Below are positions 46,623 through 56,710 of a DNA stretch of 64,000 bases, piece after piece (within the stretch, counting starts at the first letter, position 1; every line of letters begins with the position of its first letter). Source of the stretch: a virus (taxonomy: Duplodnaviria > Caudoviricetes); the IMG/VR virus record IMGVR_UViG_2791355076_000001, positions 1-64,000 of that record; one strand, given 5' to 3'. Under the pieces are notes generated by a model. That model saw only the letters and a list, made by a program, of their open reading frames with translations, made no database searches and was not told the origin of the DNA. The position numbers were made by a program, and so were the translations under genes.

Positions 46623-47644
46623 AGTTACTGTTAACGCCGTATATTCAAAAAGAATTGGGGGTTGTGTTATTTAAACCCGGTGCTGAGTTGCTTGAGCAAT
46701 TTAGAAACCATCATCGTGTGATTATCAGTGATGTGCCAAAAAGCTTAGATGTGTTGCCCTCAGGTGCATTAACGGGTGATGAACAGCCGATTTTAAACAA
46801 TAAGCACATCGTTCAATTTCTTAATAGCAAAAAAGTGATCCACACCATCGATAAAGTATCACCGATGGATACGTGGGTTATCCGTCATATTCAATGCTGC
46901 CAGATTGATAACGATGAAGATAATTACCATCACCATGAGTTAGTGACGACTTTTCACGAGGCTGGCGTGATCCGCACCTGTTGGCATCATGATAACCATA
47001 TTAGAAATTCATCTGCTGGGTGGGTTGCTGAATTAGCTCATAAAAACCGTATCAATTGGATGTTGGATACTATTCGTAGTCGCTTGAGATTGGATAATGG
47101 ACACCAGCTAGCTACTCCTGATTTTTTCTCATTTGCAGTTATGCATAACGTGGTTGATGAATTACCCGAAGCGATATTACGCCAGATTTTAAATTGGTCA
47201 GATAAACAAGAAGAACGCAGAGTTCACGGTGGTTTTCCTGAGGCAGATATTATTCCAAGCAACGTAACCGCATTATCTGTAATGAATGAGCGTCTAGAGG
47301 CGATAAAGCCGATTATTAAAGTTGCTGTTGATCCTGAGCCACCAGCGTCATTTCTTCTTAAACCTAAAATGCAACGTTGGGAAAATACCCAATGGTTGCA
47401 ATGGGTGAAAACTCAACCGTGTTGCGTGTGTGGGCAACAGGCTGATGATCCGCACCATATTATCGGGCATGGCATGGGCGGTATGGGTACTAAGGCTCAC
47501 GACTTATTCACTATTCCATTGTGTCGCATTCATCATGACGAGTTACATCGTGACCCCAAACAATGGGAAGTCTCTCACGGCAATCAACTCGAATTGTTAT
47601 TTCATTTTTTAAACCGTTCATTAGGTATCGGTGCATTTATTTAA
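46619..47644 (+). CDS. DUF968/YdfU-like protein
   Basis: Homologue of 1699..2724. Confidence 0.82.
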   Translation: MKLLLTPYIQKELGVVLFKPGAELLEQFRNHHRVIISDVPKSLDVLPSGALTGDEQPILNNKHIVQFLNSKKVIHTIDKVSPMDTWVIRHIQCCQIDNDEDNYHHHELVTTFHEAGVIRTCWHHDNHIRNSSAGWVAELAHKNRINWMLDTIRSRLRLDNGHQLATPDFFSFAVMHNVVDELPEAILRQILNWSDKQEERRVHGGFPEADIIPSNVTALSVMNERLEAIKPIIKVAVDPEPPASFLLKPKMQRWENTQWLQWVKTQPCCVCGQQADDPHHIIGHGMGGMGTKAHDLFTIPLCRIHHDELHRDPKQWEVSHGNQLELLFHFLNRSLGIGAFI

Positions 47645-47670
47645 CGTGTGTACGGCACGAGGGGTATTAG

Positions 47671-48222
47671 ATGATTTATCCATTGACAGTAGGTAAAGGT
47701 GAAGAACATTTAAAATTACGTACACTGGAAAGTGTGTGGATCCGTGGGCGTTTGAAAATGTGGGGAAGATGGGCTGCTTTTAGTAAGGCTCCTAGCGCTA
47801 CAAGTATGTTTAATCAATTATTGGAAGAACCAACAATTACAAAAAAAGCCTTAAGGGATGCAATAAATAGAATGCATACATCGGGATTATCTAAAGAAAC
47901 TTTATTGATGTTTCTAGAAGAGTTTAAGGATAAAAAAACACTTAGCAGTATGTGGTTTTGCTCTGATACTGAAGGTGGTGAAATGGATAAGGTTATTTGT
48001 GAAGTAATGAATGCAGATGCTGGGTTGCTGAATATTCTTAAGCAGCACTATGTTTATAAAAAATCAAAACATGAGATAGCATTAGAGCTTTGTGAGAAAG
48101 ATGGTCGTTATTGCTTGCGTACATATCAGGACAGAGTTAAAGCATGGCTAAATGTGGCTGAATTTATGCTCTATCGCCCAATGTGCGATAGATTTGATAG
48201 AGAGTATCATTATTCTGAATAA
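47671..48222 (+). CDS. Q: Antitermination protein Q (DUF1133 type)
   Basis: LRTLESVWIRGRLKMWGRW...WLNVAEFMLYRPM; followed by promoter/terminator. Confidence 0.78.
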   Translation: MIYPLTVGKGEEHLKLRTLESVWIRGRLKMWGRWAAFSKAPSATSMFNQLLEEPTITKKALRDAINRMHTSGLSKETLLMFLEEFKDKKTLSSMWFCSDTEGGEMDKVICEVMNADAGLLNILKQHYVYKKSKHEIALELCEKDGRYCLRTYQDRVKAWLNVAEFMLYRPMCDRFDREYHYSE

Positions 48223-48225
48223 AGC

Positions 48226-48329
48226 TTGACTATTTTGCCGATAAAGTTATAGTTTTCATATATGCTGTGCGAAGTTATAAACGCAACACAGTAAATGAAT
48301 TTAAAGCCTCGCTGTCGCGGGGCTTTTTT
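48226..48329 (+). promoter_or_regulatory. Putative pR' and tR'
   Basis: TTGACT...TATAGT, then aaagcctcgc-tgtc-gcggggcttttt. Confidence 0.6.
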
Positions 48330-48476
48330 ATGCAAAATGTACATATTTTAACCATAGTGCAATTATAATTGTGATTTAAGGAAGACTATTGATGGTTATA
48401 TTATTATTTTAGTTTACAGATTGTTATATTTTGGTAGGGTTTCAATAGGTTCTTTTACTATAAGAAAATTAATATA

Positions 48477-49307
48477 ATGGAAACTGTAAAATCAATTGGA
48501 CCACGAGATTATAGACCTAAAGATATACGGCGATTAGATACACTGTCTGGTAATAAGTGTGCAGCCCCGCATTGTAATAAGAATTTAGTTTCTATAGATG
48601 GTAGTTCTATTGTAAGTAAAATATGCCACATTGAAGCAGCTAGTCCAAAAGGGCCTCGCTATAACTCATCTATGACTAATGACCAACGCAGAGGTTACGA
48701 TAATCTGATTTTGTTATGTGATGAATGTCATATAATGATAGATAATATGGATAACATTAAAAAATATCCAGTTAGCTTACTTCATGAATGGAAAAAAAAT
48801 CATGAAGAAATTGGTATGCAAAAAAAAGCTACAAAAAAATCAATGCTAATGAGTGCAATTAATGCTATTGCTAATGTAGATTTTGATGATTCTGATTCGA
48901 CATACCAACTTGGAACAACAACTATTTTTAATATAGAAGAAAAAATAAGCCACAATAATATAGTGAGAAAAAAACATTTAATTGATGCATACAAAGTTCA
49001 TTATACAAAACTTGCTGTATTATATAATGAGTTAGAAAATACAGGATCCTTTAAAATAGCGAAGTTACTTAGAAATATAAATCTTATTTATATAAATGTC
49101 GTTTCCACATATATTAATTCTTCTGTCAATTATATTGATGTAATTAGATTGCATGCTGATGATATAATAAATGATATTGAAGATGAGTTAATGTCAGCTT
49201 GTCAAAAAAATAGTGATGTTGATGATGGTGACTTAATGTATGGAATTTCAGTTATTATGGTTGATGCATTCATGAGATGTAAAATCTTGGAGGAACCACC
49301 TAAATGA
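48477..49307 (+). CDS. Lamassu/ABC-3C effector (HNH + C-terminal domain), LmuA-like
   Basis: SGNKCAAPHC...ICHIEAASPKGPR...NLILLCDECH..ID; C-terminal VDAFMRCKILEEP. Confidence 0.78.
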   Translation: METVKSIGPRDYRPKDIRRLDTLSGNKCAAPHCNKNLVSIDGSSIVSKICHIEAASPKGPRYNSSMTNDQRRGYDNLILLCDECHIMIDNMDNIKKYPVSLLHEWKKNHEEIGMQKKATKKSMLMSAINAIANVDFDDSDSTYQLGTTTIFNIEEKISHNNIVRKKHLIDAYKVHYTKLAVLYNELENTGSFKIAKLLRNINLIYINVVSTYINSSVNYIDVIRLHADDIINDIEDELMSACQKNSDVDDGDLMYGISVIMVDAFMRCKILEEPPK

Positions 49308-49534
49308 TAATTGGAAATGACATTAATCCTAAAAGGAAAATTTATTATTATGGTGCTCTGATTATAGAAATATTAAAAGAATTCTCTCAGAATACTGTTT
49401 CTTTTGATGATGTCTACCACTTAACGCATTCTAGGCATGGTATATCAATTGAGTTATTTATGTTATCACTAGACTGGCTTTTTATTATAAGTGTAGTGGA
49501 TGGTAAAGACGGAATGGTGATTAAATGTTTTTAA
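49304..49534 (+). CDS. ABC-3C middle component (LmuC-like)
   Basis: Small gene overlapping both neighbours; P...IYY.GA...LSLDWLFI. Confidence 0.72.
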   Translation: MIIGNDINPKRKIYYYGALIIEILKEFSQNTVSFDDVYHLTHSRHGISIELFMLSLDWLFIISVVDGKDGMVIKCF

Positions 49535-51225
49535 AAACACTATTAATAGAGAATAACGGTTCAATTATTAGAAAAATTCGATTTAATAAAGGGGTTAATC
49601 TAATAGTTGATGAAACATCACAAGAGGAAAAAAAAACCTCAGGAAACAATGTAGGTAAAACAACCGCGTTAAGATTGATAGATTATTGTCTCGGAAGTGA
49701 TGGGAAAAATATTTATACAGATCCTGAATTTAAAAAGAAAACTAATCAGGTTGTTGAAAATTTCCTAAAAGAAAATAATATTATAATAACTCTAACGTTA
49801 TCAACAGACCTAAATAATGAGGATGAGCGTGAGATTGTAATTCGTAGAAATTTTTTTATGGATAAAAAAAATACCATATTGGAAGTTAATGGTGAAAAAA
49901 TAGCAAAAAAAGATTTACAATCACATTTAAAAAAAATATTTTTCAATAGTAGTGCAGTCAAGCCAACTTTTAGACAAATTATTTCTAAAAATATTAGAGA
50001 TGATAAGGCAAGGCTTACAAATACGATTAAAGTTCTTCACCCAACGACCAAATCTGAAGAATATGAAGCACTATACTTTTTTTGGTTTGGTATAGATTTA
50101 GATTCAGCAGAAGAAAAACAAAAATTACTTGCACAGAAGACAATAGAAGAAAATTTACAGAAAAGGTTAAAAAAGGATAGTTCAATATCACAAGTCATTC
50201 AGTCACTTATAGTAATTAATGATAATATAAAAAATCTAGAGGAATCAAAAGCTAATTTTAATATCAATGAAAATTATGAGTATGAAATTAATAGGCTAAA
50301 TGAAGTTAAATTGAATATAAATAGAAGCAATACTGAATTAAGCCGTTTGACTTTAAGAAAAGATTTAATAGAAGAGAGTGTCTCTGAGCTAAATGAAGAG
50401 TTTGCTAATATAGATGTTGAAAAAATAGATAAATTATATAAAGAAGCAAAGGCATTAATGCCTTTTTTACAAAAAACCTTTGAAGAAACGCTTAAATTCC
50501 ATAATGGTATGCTTGAGGAAAAGAAAAAGTTTATTTCAAGTGATCTACCAGAGCTTAATCTAAAAATAGAAACTATTAATGCTCAAATAGATAAATTGCT
50601 AAAAGAAGAGTCATTGCTCACTAGTTCATTGATAAAATCAGGAAAATTGGAAGATTTACAAGATATTATATATTCTCTTAATAATGCCTATGAACAAAAA
50701 GGTGCTCTTGAAGAGCAAAAAAGGCTATGGGAAAAAAGCAATGATACTTTAGAGAAGATTGTAAATAAACTAGATGAGATCGATAATGACATTCACTCTC
50801 TTAATGATAAATTACAAGAAAAAATTGCTATTTTTAATAAATATTTTTCAAAGATGTCTGAGAGATTGTATGGTGAAAAATTTGTATTAAGTGCTGATAT
50901 TGGTGAAAAAGGCTATGAGCTAAACATAACTAGTCTCTTTAATAATCCTGGCACAGGCAGAAAAAAAGGTGAGATGGCAGCTTTTGATTTAGCTTATATT
51001 CAATTTGCAGATGCTGTAGATATAGATTGTTTACATTTTGTTCTTCAGGATCAAATTGAAAATACACATGACAATCAAATTACAAGTTTATTTACTGACA
51101 TCGTAAAATCTGTAAACTGTCAGTATATTTTATCTGTATTAAAAGATAAATTGCCTTCTGATATAAATATAGATGAATTAGAAGTATTAAAATTATCTCA
51201 GCATGATAAACTTTTTAGGATATAA
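49525..51225 (+). CDS. SMC-like ABC ATPase (LmuB/DUF2326-like)
   Basis: SGNNVGKTT Walker A, long coiled coil, GTGRKKGE signature, FVLQDQIEN Walker B. Confidence 0.82.
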   Translation: MFLKTLLIENNGSIIRKIRFNKGVNLIVDETSQEEKKTSGNNVGKTTALRLIDYCLGSDGKNIYTDPEFKKKTNQVVENFLKENNIIITLTLSTDLNNEDEREIVIRRNFFMDKKNTILEVNGEKIAKKDLQSHLKKIFFNSSAVKPTFRQIISKNIRDDKARLTNTIKVLHPTTKSEEYEALYFFWFGIDLDSAEEKQKLLAQKTIEENLQKRLKKDSSISQVIQSLIVINDNIKNLEESKANFNINENYEYEINRLNEVKLNINRSNTELSRLTLRKDLIEESVSELNEEFANIDVEKIDKLYKEAKALMPFLQKTFEETLKFHNGMLEEKKKFISSDLPELNLKIETINAQIDKLLKEESLLTSSLIKSGKLEDLQDIIYSLNNAYEQKGALEEQKRLWEKSNDTLEKIVNKLDEIDNDIHSLNDKLQEKIAIFNKYFSKMSERLYGEKFVLSADIGEKGYELNITSLFNNPGTGRKKGEMAAFDLAYIQFADAVDIDCLHFVLQDQIENTHDNQITSLFTDIVKSVNCQYILSVLKDKLPSDINIDELEVLKLSQHDKLFRI

Positions 51226-51272
51226 GGTGAATTTATCGGGGAAGTAATTGAATAATTCTCCGATATCAAATC

Positions 51273-51296
51273 AAGGTCGCTAAGGCGGCCTTTTTT
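51273..51296 (+). terminator. Terminator after Lamassu-like operon
   Basis: aaggtcgc-taag-gcggcctttttt. Confidence 0.8.
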
Positions 51297-51308
51297 ATTG
51301 GAGAAAAT

Positions 51309-51443
51309 ATGAAAAATTTATTTATTAATCTATGTATAAAGCTATCTGGTAAGACTAAAGAGCAATTAAATTTAGCTTGGTCATTTCATTATTTCGTTAC
51401 CCAATCTAAATATAAAGCTTATTGGCGAGCTGTATTTCATTAA
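51309..51443 (+). CDS. Possible 44-aa small protein
   Basis: GGAG SD; MKNLFINLCIKLSGKTKEQLNLAWSFHYFVTQSKYKAYWRAVFH. Confidence 0.45.
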   Translation: MKNLFINLCIKLSGKTKEQLNLAWSFHYFVTQSKYKAYWRAVFH

Positions 51444-51518
51444 TTATCGAAAACCTCATGCAGAGATATCGATAATCGCACACTAGGTGGAGTCGTGCCC
51501 ACCATCTATTTACACATT

Positions 51519-51574
51519 GCAGACCACAGTATCAATTACACACTAATCACTTCACACAATAACTGTGTGCCTGT
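51519..51574 (+). other. Conserved stem-loop element upstream of holin (cf. 7956..8011)
   Basis: GCAGAC-CACAG-(ATCAAT...TTCACACAA)-CTGTG-t-GCCTGT. Confidence 0.5.
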
Positions 51575-51614
51575 ATTCCTTCAACTAAACTCGGACACTC
51601 CGTAGGGGGTGACT

Positions 51615-51884
51615 ATGCGCATGGAAAAATTAACCAATGCTACCTACGGAACAGCTGGCTTAACTGCCTTTTTTGCAAGTCTCTCACTTTATGAATGGGG
51701 ATTTGTAATAGGGATGGGATTCAGCATGCTCCTTGGATTAGCAACTTATTTTATGACACAGCGAGAACAGCGGAAACGAACAGCGTTATTTGCTGAATTA
51801 GTTCATCGAAATTGTTCTAGCGATCCGCAAGACATAGAAAAGATAGTTGGCGAGATGCTGACTAAAGCTAAAAAGGACATTTAA
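51615..51884 (+). CDS. Holin with dual-start motif (M-R-M)
   Basis: Homologue of 11672..11941. Confidence 0.85.
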   Translation: MRMEKLTNATYGTAGLTAFFASLSLYEWGFVIGMGFSMLLGLATYFMTQREQRKRTALFAELVHRNCSSDPQDIEKIVGEMLTKAKKDI

Positions 51885-52354
51885 TGAATCTAAAACAGAA
51901 GGTAGCAGCAGTTGCGAGTGCCGGTGCGGTAAGTATTGCGATAACAGTAATTGGTTACTTTGAAGGTGTGCGTTATGAACCTTATCGTGATGTGGCAGGT
52001 GTTTTGACAGTTTGTTATGGGCATACAGGCAAAGACATCATTCAAGGTAAGACATATACACAACAAGAGTGTGACGAATTACTGCAGAAAGACTTTATCA
52101 GAACACAACAACAAGTTGATGTCCTGGTTAAAGTGCAGGTCGATGATAAAACAAAAGCGTCTCTATATTCCTTCGCTTTCAATGTCGGCACCACAGCTTT
52201 TGCACGTTCTACATTGCTAAAGAAATTAAATGCAGGTGATCAGTATGGTGCCTGTGAAGAAATGAAACGCTGGGTTTATGCGGGTGGCAAGGTATGGCGA
52301 GGGTTAGTCAGTCGTAGAGATGCGGAGTCAGCACTATGTCATGGAAACCTTTAA
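51884..52354 (+). CDS. SAR endolysin (GH24 lysozyme)
   Basis: EGVRYEPYRDVAGVLTVCYGHT. Confidence 0.93.
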   Translation: MNLKQKVAAVASAGAVSIAITVIGYFEGVRYEPYRDVAGVLTVCYGHTGKDIIQGKTYTQQECDELLQKDFIRTQQQVDVLVKVQVDDKTKASLYSFAFNVGTTAFARSTLLKKLNAGDQYGACEEMKRWVYAGGKVWRGLVSRRDAESALCHGNL

Positions 52355-52494
52355 TCATCATTGTTGGTTTTATCCTCGCATTACTCATCACGGTCGCTGG
52401 TGGCATTTATATCTCAATTGATAATTCATGTGTTAACGATAAAGCCAGTTTAGACAAGCGCTGTCAGATAGCTCTCTCACATCATCGGTACTAA
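52336..52494 (+). CDS. 52-aa single-TM protein between endolysin and Rz
   Basis: MSWKPLIIIVGFILALLITVAGGIYISIDNSCVNDKASLDKRCQIALSHHRY. Confidence 0.7.
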   Translation: MSWKPLIIIVGFILALLITVAGGIYISIDNSCVNDKASLDKRCQIALSHHRY

Positions 52495-52496
52495 TT

Positions 52497-52958
52497 ATGA
52501 AGCACTGGAAACTTTACATAGTCATTGTGATGGTGGGTATTGTTGCTGGCGGTGGTGTGCTGATTAATGCACAAGCTAAAAGAATTAACACGCTAACAGA
52601 AAACAACAAAGAACTTACAGCCATACTCGAAGAGCAAAAGGCTATCAATACTGACTATCAAGTACGTATAGAGCGACTAAATCAACTTGATACAAGGCAC
52701 ACACAGGAGCTTGTTAATGCAAAGAATGAAATTAGTCGCTTGCGTGATATTAGTGAGCGTAATCCTGAGCGGGTGTACATCAAAGCCAACTGTCCAAAAA
52801 ACGAAACCACTCCCGCCACCAGCATGGATGATGCAACCACCGCCCGACCTACTGACACCGCTATCCGAAATTATTGGTTACTCAGAGAGCGAATTGTCCA
52901 GTCAGAGCAAATGATTAAAGGGTTGCAGGATTACATTAGAACGGAGTGTTCTCAATAA
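52497..52958 (+). CDS. Rz: Rz i-spanin
   Basis: Homologue of 12554..13015. Confidence 0.9.
   Translation: MKHWKLYIVIVMVGIVAGGGVLINAQAKRINTLTENNKELTAILEEQKAINTDYQVRIERLNQLDTRHTQELVNAKNEISRLRDISERNPERVYIKANCPKNETTPATSMDDATTARPTDTAIRNYWLLRERIVQSEQMIKGLQDYIRTECSQ
52726..52914 (+). CDS. Rz1: Rz1 o-spanin
   Basis: Lipobox LSGC, PPPAWMMQPPP. Confidence 0.88.
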   Translation: MKLVACVILVSVILSGCTSKPTVQKTKPLPPPAWMMQPPPDLLTPLSEIIGYSESELSSQSK

Positions 52959-53097
52959 TGATAATACTCAAGTAAGTGATAAAAACAAATCGAGATTATT
53001 ATTCATTATTAGTGATGATTACAATGAGTACAGAGCGGCACTGACAAAATATTATGTAAGCGAGGGCAACTTTAGTTGCCACTCATTAAACATAAAT

Positions 53098-53436
53098 CTA
53101 GACTTTAAATACAATTGCTTTTTTGATGCCGTGAACTAATATGGCACAATCAATTTCTATACTCGTATCTTTAATATCGTACTCATCCATTAGTTTTTTA
53201 AATACCCGACGTATAATTTTTATAATGTTGGTTTTTTTATCAATTTCAATACTGCCAGTAACTGTAATCATACCTGTAATTGTAGTTTCAACATTCTTGA
53301 GTTTATTTACATCATCAAAGTCAACATCATTTGAAAGGTATGACTCGATATAATATCTTACAGTATTTGCATCTGTATCAGATGTTTTTTTTCCCATATC
53401 TTTTACTGAATATGTTAATAAAAATTCATTTTTCAT
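53098..53436 (-). CDS. Hypothetical AT-rich moron protein
   Basis: AGGAG SD before MKNEFLLTYSV; antisense to late operon. Confidence 0.65.
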   Translation of the reverse strand: MKNEFLLTYSVKDMGKKTSDTDANTVRYYIESYLSNDVDFDDVNKLKNVETTITGMITVTGSIEIDKKTNIIKIIRRVFKKLMDEYDIKDTSIEIDCAILVHGIKKAIVFKV

Positions 53437-53621
53437 CGTATGACTCCTAATAAAAATAAAACTCACTGTGTAATGTTCACGGTGAATATTCTATCGATAA
53501 GATATCGATATCATTAATATGGAAATGAATTTTTCGTATTCAACAAAAAACATAAATTTAATTTATGATTGTGATGAGGGCTATGTTTTATATTTTAAGT
53601 TTTAATCAATAGGAGGTAGTA

Positions 53622-53972
53622 ATGCCACCTCGCATACCTCGCGCATGTCGTAAACAGGGATGCGCCAAGACAACAACAGAACGTAACGGTTACTGTGAAG
53701 ATCATCAGAACCTAGGATGGGAAACCCACCAGCGCGGTAAGTCTCGTCATCAACGTGGTTACGGTACCCAATGGGATAAGTTACGAGCACGTATACTCAA
53801 GCGTGATAAGTATCTATGTCAGGAGTGCCTAAAAGCTGGGCGAGCAACCGAAGCCAAAACAGTTGACCATATCATTGCTAAAGCACATGGGGGTACCGAT
53901 GCAGAAGATAACCTACAAAGCCTGTGTTGGTCCTGTCATAGAGCTAAGACAGCAAAGGAGAGAGCACTATGA
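53622..53972 (+). CDS. HNH endonuclease (terminase-associated)
   Basis: RDKYLCQEC...VDHII...GGTD..NLQSLCWSCH. Confidence 0.92.
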   Translation: MPPRIPRACRKQGCAKTTTERNGYCEDHQNLGWETHQRGKSRHQRGYGTQWDKLRARILKRDKYLCQECLKAGRATEAKTVDHIIAKAHGGTDAEDNLQSLCWSCHRAKTAKERAL

Positions 53973-54166
53973 CTCAAGATGAGCAAACCTTACTTATGTT
54001 TAAGGGAGTCGTTGCTGAACTACCTGAACAAAGCAGAGCTAAAGTTAAACATTGTATTGCTGAAATAAACAAGTTGCTTGCTGAATATCCTGATGGTGAA
54101 GCATTGCTTGCTGTGGGCTATATCGGTGCAGAACAGCAGATGAAAGGTAATCTTGGTCAAGGATAA
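53969..54166 (+). CDS. Hypothetical phage protein
   Basis: ATGA overlap with HNH. Confidence 0.6.
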   Translation: MTQDEQTLLMFKGVVAELPEQSRAKVKHCIAEINKLLAEYPDGEALLAVGYIGAEQQMKGNLGQG

Positions 54167-54182
54167 CAGTGCCATTCCTCAT

Positions 54183-54276
54183 AGGGGAGGGGCGGGTCAA
54201 ATCCCTACCACTCTTGCCACCTAGGACCGCCCCCTTACCTCTTTTCACATCACCGCAGGTTAGAAAACTTTTTTTG
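54183..54276. other. Putative cos region of prophage 2
   Basis: GGGGAGGGGCGGGTCAAATCCCT...GGACCGCCCCCTTA...CGCAGGTTAGAAAACTTT between HNH and terS. Confidence 0.5.
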
Positions 54277-54313
54277 GGGAACCCCAAGCGATTATTGATA
54301 GGAGATTTCTATT

Positions 54314-54784
54314 ATGGCTGGACCGCCTAAAACCCCGTCACATCTGCAATTGGTGAGGGGGAACCCATCAAAACGACCGATTAATAAAAAAGAGCCAAAA
54401 CCGCCAAAAGGGGTACCCCCAACTCCGAAGCATTTCACTAAGCAAGGTAAGTATTGGTTTAAGCGTATTGCTGAAGAACTTGATGCAATGGGTGTCATGA
54501 GTCAGATGGATGCTAAGGCATTGGAGTTACTCGTCGAAGCTTACACTGAATATCGACATCATTGTGATGTTCTCGATGAAGAAGGCTATACCTACAAAAA
54601 CAATACAGAAAGTGGATTGATGATAAAGGCGCATCCATCTGCTGCAATGAAGGCAGATGCATGGAAACGTATTCGCGCCATGTTAAGTGAATTTGGTATG
54701 ACTCCCGCTTCTCGAGCAAAAGTCACGATGAACACACCTGCCGAAGAAGATCCTTTTGAGGCATTTTTGAAAAAGCGCAAATGA
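54314..54784 (+). CDS. Terminase small subunit (P27 family)
   Basis: GPPKTPSHLQLVRGNPSKR...EFGMTPASRAK. Confidence 0.92.
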   Translation: MAGPPKTPSHLQLVRGNPSKRPINKKEPKPPKGVPPTPKHFTKQGKYWFKRIAEELDAMGVMSQMDAKALELLVEAYTEYRHHCDVLDEEGYTYKNNTESGLMIKAHPSAAMKADAWKRIRAMLSEFGMTPASRAKVTMNTPAEEDPFEAFLKKRK

Positions 54785-54787
54785 TGA

Positions 54788-56521
54788 ATGGCAATCGTAG
54801 CAGATGGAATTCAGTACGCCGAACAGGTGGTTGCTGGAGAAATTGTTGCGTGCGAACTGGTACGTTTAGCGTGCCAACGGTTTTTGAATGATTTAGAGCA
54901 TGGGCCTGAGCGTGGCATCTATTTCATTGAAGATCGCGCACAGCACATACTCGATTTTTATAGTTTTATTCCTCATGTCAAAGGGGCATTAGCGGGTAAA
55001 CCCATTGATTTAATGCCTTGGCATGTTTTTATCTTAATTAATATTTTTGGTTTTGTTATTCCGTTAATTGATGAACAAACGGGTAAAGAAGTTATAGATG
55101 AAGATGGTGATGTTGTCTTTGTCCGTCGTTTTCGCACAGCTTACAACGAAGTTGCACGTAAAAATGCAAAATCCACATTGTCATCAGGTATTGGGCTTTA
55201 TATGACCGGTGCTGATGGTGAAGGTGGTGCCGAAGTTTATTCAGCAGCTACAACGCGTGATCAGGCTCGTATCGTGTTTGAAGATGCGAAGAACATGCTG
55301 AAGAAGTCCAAAGCGACACTAGGTCGTTTATTTGAGTTTAATAAACTCGCTATCTATCAAGAAAGAACCGCCTCTAAGTTTGAACCGCTTTCCAGTGATG
55401 CCAATAACCTTGATGGTTTAAATATTCACTGTGGCATTGTTGATGAACTGCATGCACACAAAACTCGTGATGTGTGGGACGTATTAGAAACCGCCACTGG
55501 TGCGCGCCTGCAGTCTCTTCTTTTTGGGATCACCACAGCGGGTTTTAATAAAGAGGGGATTTGTTACGAACTGCGGGATTACGGTATTAAAGTGCTTCGT
55601 GGCCAAGTCGATGATGATTCGTTTTTCGCGATTATTTACACCTTAGATAAAGACGATGATCCCTTTGATGAAACCGTGTGGCAAAAAGCGAATCCGGGTC
55701 TCGGTGTTTGTAAGCGCTGGGATGATTTACGCCGTCTAGCCAAGAAAGCCAAAGAGCAGGTTTCTGCTCGGATTAACTTCTTCACCAAACACATGAATAT
55801 TTGGGTCACTGCTGAATCTTCATGGATGGATATGATGAAGTGGGATAGTGCTCCTGAACTCGCATCAAAACAAGAATTACAAACTTATCCGTTATGGGTC
55901 GGTGTTGACCTTGCCAATAAAATTGATATTTGTGCGGCCGCTAAAGTATGGAAACAGCCTGATAACGGTCATGTTCATGCTGATTTTAAGTTTTGGTTAC
56001 CCGAAGACCGGCTTGAGCGTTGCTCTAAACAAATGGCAGAACTCTATCGCAAATGGGCTGATATGGGGCATCTCACATTAACCGATGGTGAAGTTGTCGA
56101 TCATGCTCAAATTAAAGAAGAAATCATCGAATGGGTGACGGGCGAGAACTTAAACGAACTGGGTTTTGACCCGTGGAGTGCGACACAATTTAGTTTATCA
56201 CTGGCTGAAGAAGGGCTACCCCTTGTAGAAGTAGCTCAAACGGTGCGTAACTTTTCTGAATCCATGAAAGAGATTGAAGCACTGGTTTATGCGGGTAAGT
56301 TTCATCATGGCCAACACCCTGTTATGAACTGGATGATGTCGAACGTCACGGTTAAACCGGATAAAAACGACAACATTTTCCCTAATAAATCCACACCCGA
56401 GGCAAAAATTGACGGCCCTGTTGCACTATTTACAGGCATGAGTCGATTATTGGTGAATGGTGGAGATCAGGAACAAAACCTCTCTGATGTCCTCGCTTCT
56501 CGAGGCTTACGCTCTCTCTAA
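54788..56521 (+). CDS. Terminase large subunit
   Basis: VARKNAKST Walker A, IVDELHAH Walker B, GVDLA, KIDGPVA. Confidence 0.95.
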   Translation: MAIVADGIQYAEQVVAGEIVACELVRLACQRFLNDLEHGPERGIYFIEDRAQHILDFYSFIPHVKGALAGKPIDLMPWHVFILINIFGFVIPLIDEQTGKEVIDEDGDVVFVRRFRTAYNEVARKNAKSTLSSGIGLYMTGADGEGGAEVYSAATTRDQARIVFEDAKNMLKKSKATLGRLFEFNKLAIYQERTASKFEPLSSDANNLDGLNIHCGIVDELHAHKTRDVWDVLETATGARLQSLLFGITTAGFNKEGICYELRDYGIKVLRGQVDDDSFFAIIYTLDKDDDPFDETVWQKANPGLGVCKRWDDLRRLAKKAKEQVSARINFFTKHMNIWVTAESSWMDMMKWDSAPELASKQELQTYPLWVGVDLANKIDICAAAKVWKQPDNGHVHADFKFWLPEDRLERCSKQMAELYRKWADMGHLTLTDGEVVDHAQIKEEIIEWVTGENLNELGFDPWSATQFSLSLAEEGLPLVEVAQTVRNFSESMKEIEALVYAGKFHHGQHPVMNWMMSNVTVKPDKNDNIFPNKSTPEAKIDGPVALFTGMSRLLVNGGDQEQNLSDVLASRGLRSL

Positions 56522-56530
56522 GGAAATTTA

Positions 56531-56710
56531 ATGAAATTTTTAACAATAACAGCCTTATTGGTTGGGATTGCGGGGGCCTTTTTGTTGTCATGGGGCGCTT
56601 GGTTAATCTACCTACCGATGGGCTATATTTGCGCGGGTTTATTGTGCCTTTTATGGTCATACCTTGTTTCAAGAGCGCTTGGACAACCTAGAAATAACAA
56701 GGAGGAATAA
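56531..56710 (+). CDS. 59-aa two-TM protein between terL and portal
   Basis: AGGA SD; MKFLTITALLVGIAGAFLLSWGAWLIYLPMGYICAGLLCLLWSYLVS...; TAATG coupling to portal. Confidence 0.75.
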   Translation: MKFLTITALLVGIAGAFLLSWGAWLIYLPMGYICAGLLCLLWSYLVSRALGQPRNNKEE

